Source: Takakia lepidozioides (Eukaryota > Plantae > Bryophyta). Taken from it: 64,000 nucleotides of DNA. This document shows positions 26,486 through 38,342 of the stretch, in pieces (position 1 is the first letter of the stretch; every line of letters begins with the position of its first letter). The notes under the pieces are model-generated. The model worked only from the letters and a program-made list of their open reading frames with translations, made no database searches and was not told the origin of the DNA. Position numbers and translations under genes: made by a program. The stretch lies in contig CM060731.1 of assembly GCA_030704615.1 (NCBI GenBank), forward strand, positions 14,818,001-14,882,000, given 5' to 3'.

Positions 26486-27600
26486 ATGGCTCTCCTGAAC
26501 ATCAACACCATGGCAGCTACATCAGTCCTCGATATGGATGGGTCAGAATTGGACCTAAGCGGGGATGAGTTGGTGGAATACGTCGAGCACGTCCTCACAA
26601 AAAAAGAACATTTTTACAAAATTGCTGGACATTTACGCTATACAAGACAACCTCTTAGGCATAGACTTCTTAAAAGTGGCTGGGATGGCACCCAGAGAAA
26701 TCACGTGCAATGTTGTACAAGAGAACATCCCATTGGAGCGAGGTGGATGTAATCGGGGGGTGCGAATGGTGCAGTCATATTTGCGATGGCATTGTGCTCT
26801 CCGTATTGCAAGACTTGAATTGCGAAATGCTATGAGCGATTTGCAGCCGGAACATCTACAACGACGTCAAATGCGAGCATTGTATCGAGGGCAATACACT
26901 GTCATCATCCCAATGCACTTGTGGCATATGTATTGTAAGCATCTATTATTTTTGTAATGATTTGATGTATATGTTTAAGGTATTCCCAAACTTGATGATG
27001 ACCCCTTTAAAATATTGGTTTGGTGATCAACAACATACAATAAACTAGCCAGATGAGGTTTTTGAGTACACGACGCAATTGATGGAGCATCACATTTCGT
27101 AGTTTGGGCAAAAGTGGCTACCAACAAAAAGAATGAGACTCTTTTTGCGGCTTATGCTGAGGCAATCCAACGATTTGGGCATCCTCTCCGAATTCGATCT
27201 GATTTTGCAGGCGAACATGTGTTGGTGCGACAAGACATGGAAGCAGCACGGCCTTCGGTAACTAACATATTTCTAACCGGTGCATCAGTCCATAAACAGG
27301 TATCAAACACAATTTGTATTTGACTATCTTGTTGATTTTGTTGTTTTGATTGTAGCATAAAAATAAATAAAGATTAATATCATGCTAAAGGTTATGAAGA
27401 TCATCATGTGCAGCGAATCGAGCATTGGTGGGTATGTTTGGACTCACTATTTGTTCTTCTTCAAACATCTTTGATGTAAAAAAAACATTCTCGGATCAAA
27501 CCTCTACCATATCTCATCTCTCCTTGTCAACGTCTTTCTCGACCTACAAACTGAGTCCCGGAAAGCGTGGGCCAAAACATGTGCAAACATCATGCGGCAC
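26486..27600 (+). pseudogene. Decayed IS3EU/IS481-like (integrase-core) DDE transposase
   Basis: LWHM...NKLAR*GF*VHDAIDGASHFVVW...FGHPLRIRSDFAGEH...GASVHKQ|RIEHWW matches the LWHIDG-HKL/IDG-SR/RSD-GGEN/SVHNQRIE pattern of this family. GT-AG intron at ~27299-27413; stops and frameshifts. Confidence 0.7.
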
Positions 27601-28193
27601 GACAGGAATGCAGCAGCGATTCAGGGAGAATTCCAAAGCACCTGAGACAAGGGGAGGTCACTTCCAAATATTACCACTTGATGTGCAAAAAAATATAGGG
27701 TGCCAAAAATTCTGAGAAAATAAAATTTAGAATATATTTAGAAATATTATAGGGTACTAATATATTGGCGGCACCACATTTAAATTAAAATAGGGTCCAA
27801 AATAAAGACGGATTCTTCAAAAAAATTAAAACTAATATAGGGTGGAAATAAATTAAAGGGACATGTGTCGATCAGTGACACACAACGGAGAGGGCATAGG
27901 CGCATGTGCACAACAACCCTAGGCTTCCCTCTCTCCTGTCGGCTGCAATTCGTGGTGACATTGTGCTAGACAGAAAGAAATAAAGGGTTGTGCGCTCAAT
28001 GGTGCAAGCATTGTGGCCCATTGGTTTTGAAGCTTGCAAGGCGTGACAATGGAGAAGCGTAGATTGAGAGGGAAGGATGACAACATAAGCATGCCCATAG
28101 GTTTTGAGGGACATGGTGGATAGGCAGAATACAAAAAATGAGAAGAAAGGTAGGGAGCAGGTGGGAGGTCTCTCGACAACCAGTTGATCTCCT

Positions 28194-28545
28194 TGTCAAG
28201 TTAAATAAGCACAGTGTGAAAACAACTAGAATAAAGCTAGTTATTTATATTTAACACTTGGATTTAGGTCAAGTGTTAAGTCAGGTGTCAAGTTTAGTTT
28301 GACACCTGAACCGCCTTATCTTCACAAGAGCGGCAGTCGCGCAGCTCATCTCTCTCGAGTTGAGCCTGCGCGACCGAGCTCCTTCATCGTTTAGAACTGA
28401 GTGTACTTATGATGGGAGGATAGGTTGTTGTGGGGTGGAGTCCCCATAGCTTGGGGTGCCCCTGGCTCGACTATTATCTGAAAGAGTGATGATGAGATGG
28501 ATTTCATGTTTTTTGTGTTAAGAGTGTGTTTCTAGTTTTCTATCA
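28194..28545 (+). repeat. 5' LTR segment B (352 bp; lacks the 85-bp segment A)
   Basis: Near-identical to 38713-39064 (about 6 transitions by eye); followed by PBS ctcgagagagat. Confidence 0.92.
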
Positions 28546-28739
28546 CTCGAGAGAGATCAGCCGTCTATCTAGTTTTCTAGTGCCAAGCTAGATATGATGT
28601 TTTTGTTTTTAAGCACTATTATAATATAGATGGTCATGGTCTTGTACACAGCTCAAGCAATGAGCATAGAATGGCTCTAGCTTGAGTTCGTCTCACATCC
28701 TCAGTCGCAATGGTGGGACTCGGGGGGTATAGGTAGAGT

Positions 28740-30398
28740 GGTTGAAGCACGGCAGCAGCTCGGCCATGGCTGCCTGCCACTTTCAAGCTTCTTCACACTG
28801 CAGCCTGCGCGCATGGAGACGAACTCCGTAACCGCGTCCTATGCTCCCATTTGTCAGGGAGGCTCCAATGAGAGGGTGAGGCCGCAGCGCAGGGGATGGA
28901 TCGAACGGAAGCTGGATTGGATTGAGAGGCATATCAGGAGTGGACGATCGCACGGCATAAGAACACAGCTACGAGTGGTTAAGGCGTGTGCCTGCTAAGT
29001 ACATTGGAGTAGAGCACGTTGATCACGCTCGCAAATTAGCTATTCAAGCCGTTCAGGCTATTCGTGTGTGGCTTGATCTCACCAGCCTGCCTACCACCTG
29101 TGTCGGGGGGCTTGTTACACCACTGCGTGTATATGCTGGGATTCTTGCAGGTGATGAGTTCCATGCCTTAGTGTTTGGTTTTCTCCATTGGGGCGATTTT
29201 GCTGCAGCAGACGTGAATGATGTTATCTTTGCCGAAGGCATCCCTGAGAGCAGCTTCTGTAACCTCCTGGGAATGCAGCGGGTCGAAGTTGTTTACAACC
29301 AGCGTAAGTGCATCCCTCTCTGCCACTATCTCCTGGGGGTGGCGGCAAGACCTGTCGGGCTGCCTCGGCGGGTACGCAGCTGCGGCCTGATGAGGGTGTG
29401 GTCGATGCGGACTTCCATTTCCAGCATCCGTTTGTGTATCTATGGAAGCTAAGTAGATAAAATAATTTTGTTGTCAGGGCCTGGCTTGTGTACGTTCATG
29501 ATTTCGAACTCGTCACCGTGGTAGTACGCTTCCATGAAGAAGTGCATTGTGAGCTTGTAACGGATGGTGCCCAGCAGTGTCTCACTGTTCAAGTAAAGAG
29601 AGAGGTAGTCCGGGGATGCCAGCACGTCAAAGGCCTTTTCAATTTTACATTGCAGCCTGATCCCGGAAGCCATCTCCATAACAAAGGCCCTGTTGTTCTT
29701 GAGCAGCGCAATCCCGTCAGCGGTCGGGTTCAGCAGCTCGACTGCCCGATTCGGGGTCGACGTTCATGCCCTTTGGAAGCTGGGTGAGTAGGTACAGCTG
29801 CCCATCTTTCCCATCTGGTCTAACAGCAGGGAAGAATAGCTGTGGGACGTGAGGGAAGGCCTTGAGGCAGTGGCGCATTTCGTGAATTTCTAAGGCCCGA
29901 AGGCCCAACTTCTGAAGCTCTGCCGTTGTCCTCGTTTCAGTGAAGAAGGGCAATTGCGCATCGTGGGCATGTTTCTCGAGGGCAGGATAGCCCATCCACA
30001 GTTGGCGCGTAGAAAATGAGTTGGGGGTGCATATGTGACAGATCTGGAGCAACTCCTTGTGACTTCTTGGGGTTAGAGTAAGAGCTGCCCATATCACTGT
30101 TGATCGTGCTAGAAGCGCGTTTGTTATTCAGGCAGCTGCCAGCCAGGGGAGCGATGGGAGTGTTTGGGTCGTGGCCCACCCTGTCCATTGCCATATTCCA
30201 TGTCGAGCGGGTTTGGTATGTCTGTTTTGTTGCAAAGAAGTGCTTGTCAGACAGATGTATATCGCTGACGTCGGCATCTTCCTCTTCGGGAGCATCCATA
30301 GAAGTAGCGTTGGCTGCATGGGAGGAATCAGTACGAATTGTAATCCAAGGTGGGCCATGGACTTGAGCAGCCAGCTTGCGAGATGCAGAGCAGTTCAC
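28740..30398 (-). pseudogene. Decayed antisense extra ORF inside the Gypsy element, unknown function
   Basis: Chain of minus-strand ORF pieces (29937-30398, 29717-30097, 29449-29679, 29053-29241) with protein-like composition, between the 5' LTR and gag. Confidence 0.4.
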
Positions 30399-31038
30399 CG
30401 GTGTATGTTCGAAACACCTGTAGGTGAAATCCAGGGAATCTGTGGTGAGAACTACATGAACACGTTTGGAACCTGTTAAGATAACGTGGGAACAACGTTT
30501 AATGGCAAGAACGTTTTGGTGTTAAAATTTTATTTATTTTTTATTTTAAAATAAAAATAAAAATAAATAAAATAAACCCTTTTTGATCTAATTTCAATGA
30601 TTTAGAGCCTAATTGGTCATATCTTTGTCAAATGGACTCCGTTTGACTCAGTTTTTGGGGGGATAGCTGTAGAAAGGGGAAATCTACCTATCTAGACCTG
30701 GTTTTTGTTTTTGGGACTCTGCTAAAAATCTATGGAATTTTTAGAGTGTGAGTGTGCCATGAAAGATCCACAATTCTGTTTCTAGAACCTGTTCTGGTCT
30801 ATATGAGAGACAAATCTGTGGATGGCCTTCTTGTATGGCTGGGGGAAATGAGGACGTAATTGAAGGGCATGTTTCTTTTCATAGCATGTGCACCCAAGGG
30901 GACAAGATTTATGTCTCTCAAGGAACTCAGACTGATTTGAGTGGAGAACAGTTGGATGAGTTGATTGCATACTAAGAGTCAGGCATTAGCAGTATACAAC
31001 AAACTGTTGTAGTTGGCATTGAGGGCCTCAATGTTGCT

Positions 31039-31596
31039 TTGGACAGTCAGAACTCTGTTGGAGCCAGCAGTTCTGCAGCTGTAAGTGAAATACCAAAGTG
31101 GGTGAAAGCTAGGCTTGGAACACAGCCAAAGACAGCCCCGGGGACCAAGGTGTTCAGCCACAAGGCTGTGGTGTACTGGAGCAGAGGAACAGGAGCTACA
31201 CAAGTTTGTGCAATCAGACATGGTTGCAGCCGGACACACTCTGCACAAGGCAACCATGAGCGGGGATTCATTAGCAATGACAAGTTTGTTTTGCTTGATG
31301 GAGATGCAGTCATTCACAATGAGGACACCCGCAACCGTCTCAAAGCTTTCGAGTTGAGAGACTATCAGACCCTACCTTTGTTTTATTTAGTGTTCAGTGA
31401 ACGGGAGATAGGGGAGTATTACTTTGTCTCTACCTGGCAGAAAGATGAGGAGGGTTGGTTAGAGCGAGCGACTATAGCTTGGGACAAGGTTAGTGGCAGG
31501 TTTCTGGACATAGATATACCTCCTACACCTTACCATCATGCAGAGCGAGGCACTTTTGAGAGAAGTCTGGTAGTTGATAGCATAGATCAGGATTAG
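31039..31596 (+). CDS. Extra ORF upstream of gag, unknown function
   Basis: 185 open codons of globular composition; start uncertain (TTG); lies within the element. Confidence 0.45.
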   Translation: MDSQNSVGASSSAAVSEIPKWVKARLGTQPKTAPGTKVFSHKAVVYWSRGTGATQVCAIRHGCSRTHSAQGNHERGFISNDKFVLLDGDAVIHNEDTRNRLKAFELRDYQTLPLFYLVFSEREIGEYYFVSTWQKDEEGWLERATIAWDKVSGRFLDIDIPPTPYHHAERGTFERSLVVDSIDQD

Positions 31597-32064
31597 ATCT
31601 TGCTTGGTCGATCTTCTATTCTTCCCCTCCATCTCTGTACTATTCTCATTACCTTGTACTTGTAGTTGCCAAAGCCTCTCTTGCTGGAGGCCAGTCAGTC
31701 CGGGGTTGTGGGCTGGGATATTCTGCAGGGTCAGCATTGCAGCTTGATTTTGGTGTGGGGGTGTTGATGTTTTGATTTCTTGTGTTTGGATCCCCCCCAA
31801 CACCTGCATGCTTGACTGTGAGCCATGGTTGTTTTGTGTGGGCGCTTGCTTTCATAGGGATTAGGCCGGATTTGATCACCGGTCAATCATAGAGTATGCT
31901 GTCGGTGGTGAGGCTGGAGTGATGACCAGCAAGACCACCAGTGTTTCTTCTATGGTGAGACTGGGTTGATGACCAGCCAACCATAGGAGTTCTTGCGGTG
32001 GATGCAGGTGCAGGTGCCCTGAGCCACTGGGATATGACCCTTAAACTGCAACAAGTGCCCACCC

Positions 32065-33567
32065 GTGTCACTATTAGAATTAATACTAGAGCCTTATAGT
32101 GTCACGTGGGGGGAGGTACACATTGTGAGTGTCATCACGGAGTTACCCAAGGGTTTTGAGGGGAGTACGGCTACGGGCAGTAACAGTGAAAGTGGGTTCA
32201 CAAGACGAGGTATTCGGTTCAGACCACCTTCACCTCCACCCTCAACTAGTGCAGAGTCAGACACAGACTCGGAGGCTTCATCAACAGGTGTGCAGTTTCA
32301 TTCGCCATTGTTGTGGGACGACATGGAGGAGATGTATGGAGCTACCAAGGGGCCTCGTAGGTACTCTGGAGCTGTGGGCACAATTGAGCTGGATGACTTT
32401 ATCCAGGAGTTCGACAGCTGGTGTGATTTGCAGCAGATGCGCAATCCACAGCTGTTCACCCCATTCATGGCGTGGAAGGGACTGTTCCAGCATTTGGAAG
32501 GCCCGCCTATGGACGATTACCACGAGTTCAGGCGAGGACATGAAGCAGAGATTGAGGAGTGGAGGATGTATTGGTTACCTGACTACGTCTCCATTACTCG
32601 AGGCACGACGCGACCAGTAGCTGCATCAGTACCAATATCTCCTACTGCCAGCACTAGTAGTGGAACAAGTAGTGCCGGTACTTCTGCAGGTGGTTCCAGT
32701 TCAAAAGGTGCTACTACTCCTCCTGCCATGACTACAACACATGTGCCTAGATTCAACCCGGTGGTGGAGTTCTTCCAGGAGTTGCGGAGGAACTACCAAG
32801 GTGTACGGACAGAGAAGCTGCGAGGTTTGCAAGACTTCCAGCACAAACCCAGTGAGAGCTTGCGAGAGGCCTACACTCGTATGAGGCGCTTGATAAGTGT
32901 GACCCAAGGGGTTACTGAAGCTCAGGCAATCCAGTTCTGGTATGGAATTTTGGACAAGGAGCTCAGGAGAAGGGTGCGGGATGCAACCCTGTTACAAGCA
33001 GCCCAACCCACATTAGCAGATGTGTTTCTGCTGGCTGAGCGGATTGAGCTCAACATAGTGGAGGAGCGAGTTGTTACCATTGGATTTAGCAAAGACATGC
33101 ATGCACGAGGTGCACCTACCAGCCCACAGGCAGAAGGGACTGCCCAACAACGTGGTCAGGGGGGCAAGGTTTCCCAACCCAAGTTCCATGGAGCTTACAA
33201 GGGACCTCAGGTGCAGAGGCCCGTGGCATCTTTTGCAGGCCAACAGCAACCAGGGGTGATATGTTAGACATGTGGAGGATCCCATGTCAAGAGAGATTGC
33301 CCAGAGAGTGGCAAAAGGCCGGCACAAGCACAGCCTGCACAGTTGCAGTGTGGGCATTGTGGCAAGTATGGGCATGGAGATGCCCAGTGTTATGAGTTGC
33401 GCCAGGCCAGTTCCAAGGGAACAATGGTGGCCGGGGGCGAGGTGGACCAGCCCAGAGAGGACGAGGTGGTCGGGCACGAGGTGCAGGCCAAGGGCAAGCT
33501 CAACATGGCCAAGGACGCGGAGGTCAAGGTGTTGACCAAGGCATGGCCAACCGGCTTCAGCAGCTAG
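32065..33567 (+). pseudogene. Gag with two CCHC zinc knuckles
   Basis: Capsid-like YSG...LDDFIQEFDSWC and QHKPSESLREAYTRM; knuckles C*TCGGSHVKRDC and CGHCGKYGHGDAQC; TAG at 33265-33267. Confidence 0.85.
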
Positions 33568-33636
33568 AGCAGAGGCTCGCTGCCATGGCTACAGCTCAGG
33601 CGGGATGGTCCACCTCCTGCGCCTGAGGGAGGAGAT

Positions 33637-35025
33637 ATGGGAGGCATGGGATTCATGTGCAAAGCAACACTACCACTAGAGCAGGTGGAGTCTGCTGCAG
33701 CCGTGACTCGAGGAATAGCACGAGTTCCTGAGCCACGAGGTGCAGAGGTGGAATTGGATTCACATCGTGGGGAGGCAAGCTGTCAGGCGAGGCTTCCTCA
33801 ATCATTCACATTGACAGAGACAGTGTCGACGCCATCCATGGCACCTAGTTCTTGCCTGACTGTTACCGAGGCGGAGGTTACTATGCCATTGGGGAGAGCT
33901 ACACGTGCAGCACTGACACTTGCTGCCAAGGCTAGTGCAGCCGGTGTGTTGTTGGGGGCAGCCACCTCTGTGTGTCAAGCCCCACTGTTCTCGGCAACCA
34001 TGATTGCGACGCCGGGGGTAAGACCAACTGCAGTGTTCAGACTAGCAGCAACACTCTGCGAGAGTAGGGAGGTCACTTCATCTTCTGCGGAATTACTGGA
34101 ACGTATAGTGGCAGAGGGATCCTCGGATTTGAGGGTCAAGACTGCCACGGCTACACCATGGCAAGCTGCAGCTGCGAGGTTGACGGATCTGCCAGCTAGG
34201 CCAGCCTTTGAGCGCGCCATGGTGACACCTGGAGTTGTCTTGTTAGACAACCAGGGAGGCATTTTCACTTTGAGTGGACCGGCAGGCAAGAAGTACCGGC
34301 CACTGCGGGTCCTGTTGGACTCAAGAGCTCAGCCACTGATGTTGGGCAGAGCTGCTATTGCAGGTTTGGGCCTCATGGAGGCGGATATGGAGCCTTGTCC
34401 TTTCCAGATACACACATCTCTGGGAGGATCAGAGCAGGCTCGGGGCATGACACGGCGTGAGTTGGCCATTGGACTACAAGCAGATCATCCTGTAGATGGC
34501 TCAGTGATGCGAGCCAAGGCCATTGTAACGGACGTAGTCTCTTACGATGTCTTCGTTGGTGGGGCAGTGTTATACCCCATGGGTTTCACCCTGGAATTTT
34601 GGGAGGAGTCAGCATTCTACAGGCCTGGCTGGCAGTCAGGGGATGGTCGTCGTGCACAACTCCCTGTGACATTCATTGGGAGTATTGCGGCTGCCCAGCG
34701 GGGCGAGATGCCAATACTAGCCGCCTTTACAATTGCAGTTACTTGGCCTGGAGAGTTGCTGGAAGGCAATGCCCATGCAGAGGATGTGCCACCTCCAGCA
34801 GAACGGGATGACATGCATGGTATGGCGCAGTTGCCTGCCATGGTTGCTCACACTCCATTGTGGGGTACGAGCAAGGATTTGCAGCAGGCTGCTGATGGAC
34901 GGGTGCAACAAACTTGGGTAGAAGCTTTCGTACCGTCAGGGGAGGAGGAGAGTGGGGTGATTGCACCAGGACCACCCCAGTTGTCGCCATTGGACACCAC
35001 ACCTCTTGTGTGGCAACGCCCGGAT
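33637..35025 (+). pseudogene. Pol N-terminus with aspartic protease
   Basis: VLLDSRAQPLM (DSG to DSR mutation) ... YDVFVGG retropepsin motifs. Confidence 0.8.
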
Positions 35026-35965
35026 GAAGGCATATGCCTTCTGGACTTGTTTGGCGGGATCAGCACTGGATTGGCTGCAGTGCTGCAGGCAGGTGTACGA
35101 GTTCGACGTTACCTGTATGTGGAGAGGGATGAGACTGCATGATGGGTCTCACTGCGCCATGTTGCTTAGTTGGTACAGCAATACCCTGACTTGTTGCCAG
35201 TGTCTGCAGTTCGTGGATACCAACAAGCCTTGTCAGCAGACATTTCCTTGCTGGGGGCGCAGGATTTGGAGCAGGTTGGCTCCATTGATCTGGTAGTGGC
35301 AGGTTGGCCCTGCCAAGGGCATTCATCAGCCGGGCATGGCAATGGATTGCGAGACTCGAGGACGGGTCTGTTTTGGGAGATGGTGCGGATTTTACGCTAC
35401 TTGCAACTTCATCAAGCTGTATCTCCAACATACATCTTGGAGAATGTGCCACTGATGGATGATTCTCGGGCCAGGGTGATGGCCAGTGTGCATCAAGTCC
35501 GGTCGTGGCTTGGGTCAGCAGTGTTGCTGGATGCAGCTACAGTGGGGTCACGGGCTCATCGTCCACGGTTTTGGTGGACTAACTTGATGCCACCCGCACT
35601 ACTCAAGCGTGCATTTGATGGGGTGCAGGCGGCCAGCACACCTCACCGTGGATGGCATTTTGGACACAGGGAAGCAGTCTCAACGTGTGAGACACAATGA
35701 CCGTTCGCCTTTGGCAGTGGTCAACATGGTGGGTCAACCACGAGCAGCATTACCTACACTGCTCAGCTTCCCAGGATCCCATGCTTTTCGGGATGGTGGA
35801 CCTGGCCTCCTGTGGGATGCTCAGTTGCAACAGTTAGTGGAGCCTAATGCCGACGAGCGAGAGCGGGCTATGGGGTTTTCCACTGGGATCACGGCGGTGT
35901 CTTATCTTTCTGAGGCATCACGTCGTCAGGTGTTGGGGCAAGCAATGGATCTCAATTGCTTGACC
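35026..35965 (+). pseudogene. DNMT3-like C5 cytosine DNA methyltransferase domain embedded in pol
   Basis: Motifs in canonical order: I LLDLFGGI, II YVERD, IV DLVVAGWPCQGHS (catalytic Cys codon 35311-35313), V RTGLFWE, VI ILENV, VIII AHRPRFWWTNL, IX ERERAMGF, X RRQVLGQAMD. Two premature stops (35140, 35167) and one frameshift (~35625). Confidence 0.92.
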
Positions 35966-36394
35966 TGGATTATCAGCTTGGCTATGGCTGAGCAACGTAG
36001 AGTGCGGAGTGCACTTCCCTTGACGGTCTCTCTGCCTACCGAGACGGTACAGGCAGCGAGTGGGGGCAGGCCGGTGAGGACCACGGGGTGTAGACATCCA
36101 TGGCACACGTGGGAGGTGCTCGAGGTCCAGAGGGAGTTGGCAGCCAAGGCAGCTGTGATAGATGAGGTTGGGGATTCTTCTCGGGTTGAGGAGGTTCTCA
36201 ATGATGAGATGATGGGGCAGGATGAGGCCTTGTCATTGATTGAGCATGAAAGGAGTACTGCTCAAGAGGTTGCAGCATAGCAACCACGGGACGCGTCCTC
36301 TACCTCTAAGCCCACTGGACTTAAGGTTGCAGTTACGGAGGACAATTGGGAGCCTGACATTGGACCCATTGTCACCGGAGGAGAGAGACGACGT

Positions 36395-37789
36395 ATGCGG
36401 CGGTTCCCGAGGGCTTACAGGAATTGCTTTGCCTTCAGTTTGAAAGACTTGGGAGCACTCAAGGGTCAAGAGATAAGTATTGAGTTGGCCACCGACACGC
36501 CAATCTTTCGGAGACCCTATAGATACAGTGACATGGAGAGGTCTTTGATTCAGATGAGGGCGCAAGATCTCTGGGAGGCAGGTTTGGTGGAGCTCTCTGG
36601 TGGAGAGTATGCTTCAGCCACAGTGATGCCAGCCAAGAAGGATGTCTATGACAATTGGACGGAGAGACGTATGTGCGGTGATTACCGGCCTGTAAATCGT
36701 CAGACCAAGTCCGATAGGTATGCCATGCCGACACCAGAGGAGATCTTTGATGCCATTGGGCATTCCAAGGTCTTTAGCACGTTGGATTTACGATCCGGAT
36801 ATCACCAATTGCCGATCAAGGAGGCGGATAAGCAAAAGACGACATTCTGGGGGATCAATGAGCACGGGAAGGATTGCCTATACCAGTGGCGGTTCTTACC
36901 ATTTGGGCTTAAAAACGCTCCTGCTGAGTTTCAAAGAGTCATGGACAGGATTCTAGCAGGGGTGGAGTTTGCTCGATGCTACATAGATGACATCATCATC
37001 TTTAGTGCTACGGTGGAGGAGCATGAGAGACATCTTCAGGGGGTATTTGAGCGCTTGAGGATGCACGGATTGAAGTTACATCCGGGCAAGTGCAAGTTTT
37101 TCCACAACCAGATTGAATATCTGGGTCACATGATATATCCTGGAGGATTGGGGGTACAGCAGACTAAGGTAGAGTCCATTGCACAGGTTCCACGCCCTAC
37201 GGATGTGAGCCGAGTTCGAGCTTTCATGGGGTTAGCAAACTATTACAGACGGTTTGTTAAGGGATTTAGTGCCATTGCAAAGGCTCTAACCAAGCTGACC
37301 AAGGTGGACCAGGAGTGGCAATGGGAAGATGAGCAAGAACAAGCTTTTCAAGAGCTCAAGGCGAGGTTGACCTCGGCGCCCATCTTGAGACGACCTATCA
37401 GGGGGCGTCCTTTTCAGCTGCATACAGATTGGAGCATGTTGGGGCTTGGAGCGGTGCTCACACAGGTGGATGATGAGGGAAGAGAGTTCGTAGTGGCTTA
37501 TACTAGCCGCTCGAACAACGCTGCAGAGTCTAAGTATAGCTCATATGAGGGAGAATGCTTAGCTGCAGTGTGGGCCGTGGCACACTTCAGGTGCTATCTA
37601 TACGGCAATCTCTTCACCCTTGTCACGGATCACCAACCACTCAAGTGGTTGATGGAGTCAGACAAGCTTACGGGGAAGCTTGCACGGTGGGCACTCATCC
37701 TTCAAGAGTATGACTTTCAGGTGGTGCATCGACCGGGTTTGGTCAATCGCAATGCAGATGGGTTGAGTCGCAATCCATGCACGAGCTAG
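36395..37789 (+). pseudogene. Ty3/Gypsy reverse transcriptase + RNase H
   Basis: RMCGDYRPVN, LDLRSGYHQ, LPFGLKNAPAEFQ, YIDDIII; RNase H LHTDWS...YEGECLA...TDHQPL...ADGLSR. Same frame as the DNMT C-terminal half. Confidence 0.95.
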
Positions 37790-37834
37790 CAGGATGACAC
37801 TAGAGCTCGGTGGCATGGTGAGACGGACGAGGAG

Positions 37835-38342
37835 ATGGTGCCCGGATGGCATGCATCTGCATTTCTGTGTATCTTGGCAGCGGAAGGCCAGGTTGGACCT
37901 ACAACAGGGATGACTGTAGATCAAGTGTCTGAGGACCCTGAGGCCAGCAATGAGCAGGGTGGCGCCAAAGATATACATGAGGATTTAGTTGTGTTGGACT
38001 ACCTCCGCAGTGGAGACACGGCAGCCACTGTGACTGCCAAGGAGAGGGATCGGATCCTACAACGAGCCAAGAGGTTCAGGTGGGAGGGGACACACCTGCT
38101 CCGAGTGTGGGAGGATGGTCGAATGAGGATTGTGCCTCATCCAACACAGCGGGCACGGTTAGTGCGGCATGCCCATGAGGAGTTGGGGCATTTTGGGGTG
38201 CGACGCACTCATAGTCTACTGCAGGGGCAGTATTGGTGGCGTGGTATGCACACAGAGGTGCAACAATTTGTGGCTAGGTGCATGGTGTGTGATAGGGTGC
38301 GTGCTTCATTCAACGCCCCTACTCCACAATTGCACCCTCTTC
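37835..38342 (+). pseudogene. Integrase N-terminal HHCC zinc domain; DDE core deleted
   Basis: AHEELGHFG...YWWRGM...CMVCDR...LHPLP, then an abrupt switch to 3' UTR sequence. Confidence 0.88.

Noticed and set aside
35026-35965. Host DNMT gene or bacterial contaminant MTase
   Set aside because: Intronless, in frame with retroelement PR and RT, inside LTRs, and decayed in the same way as the rest of pol.
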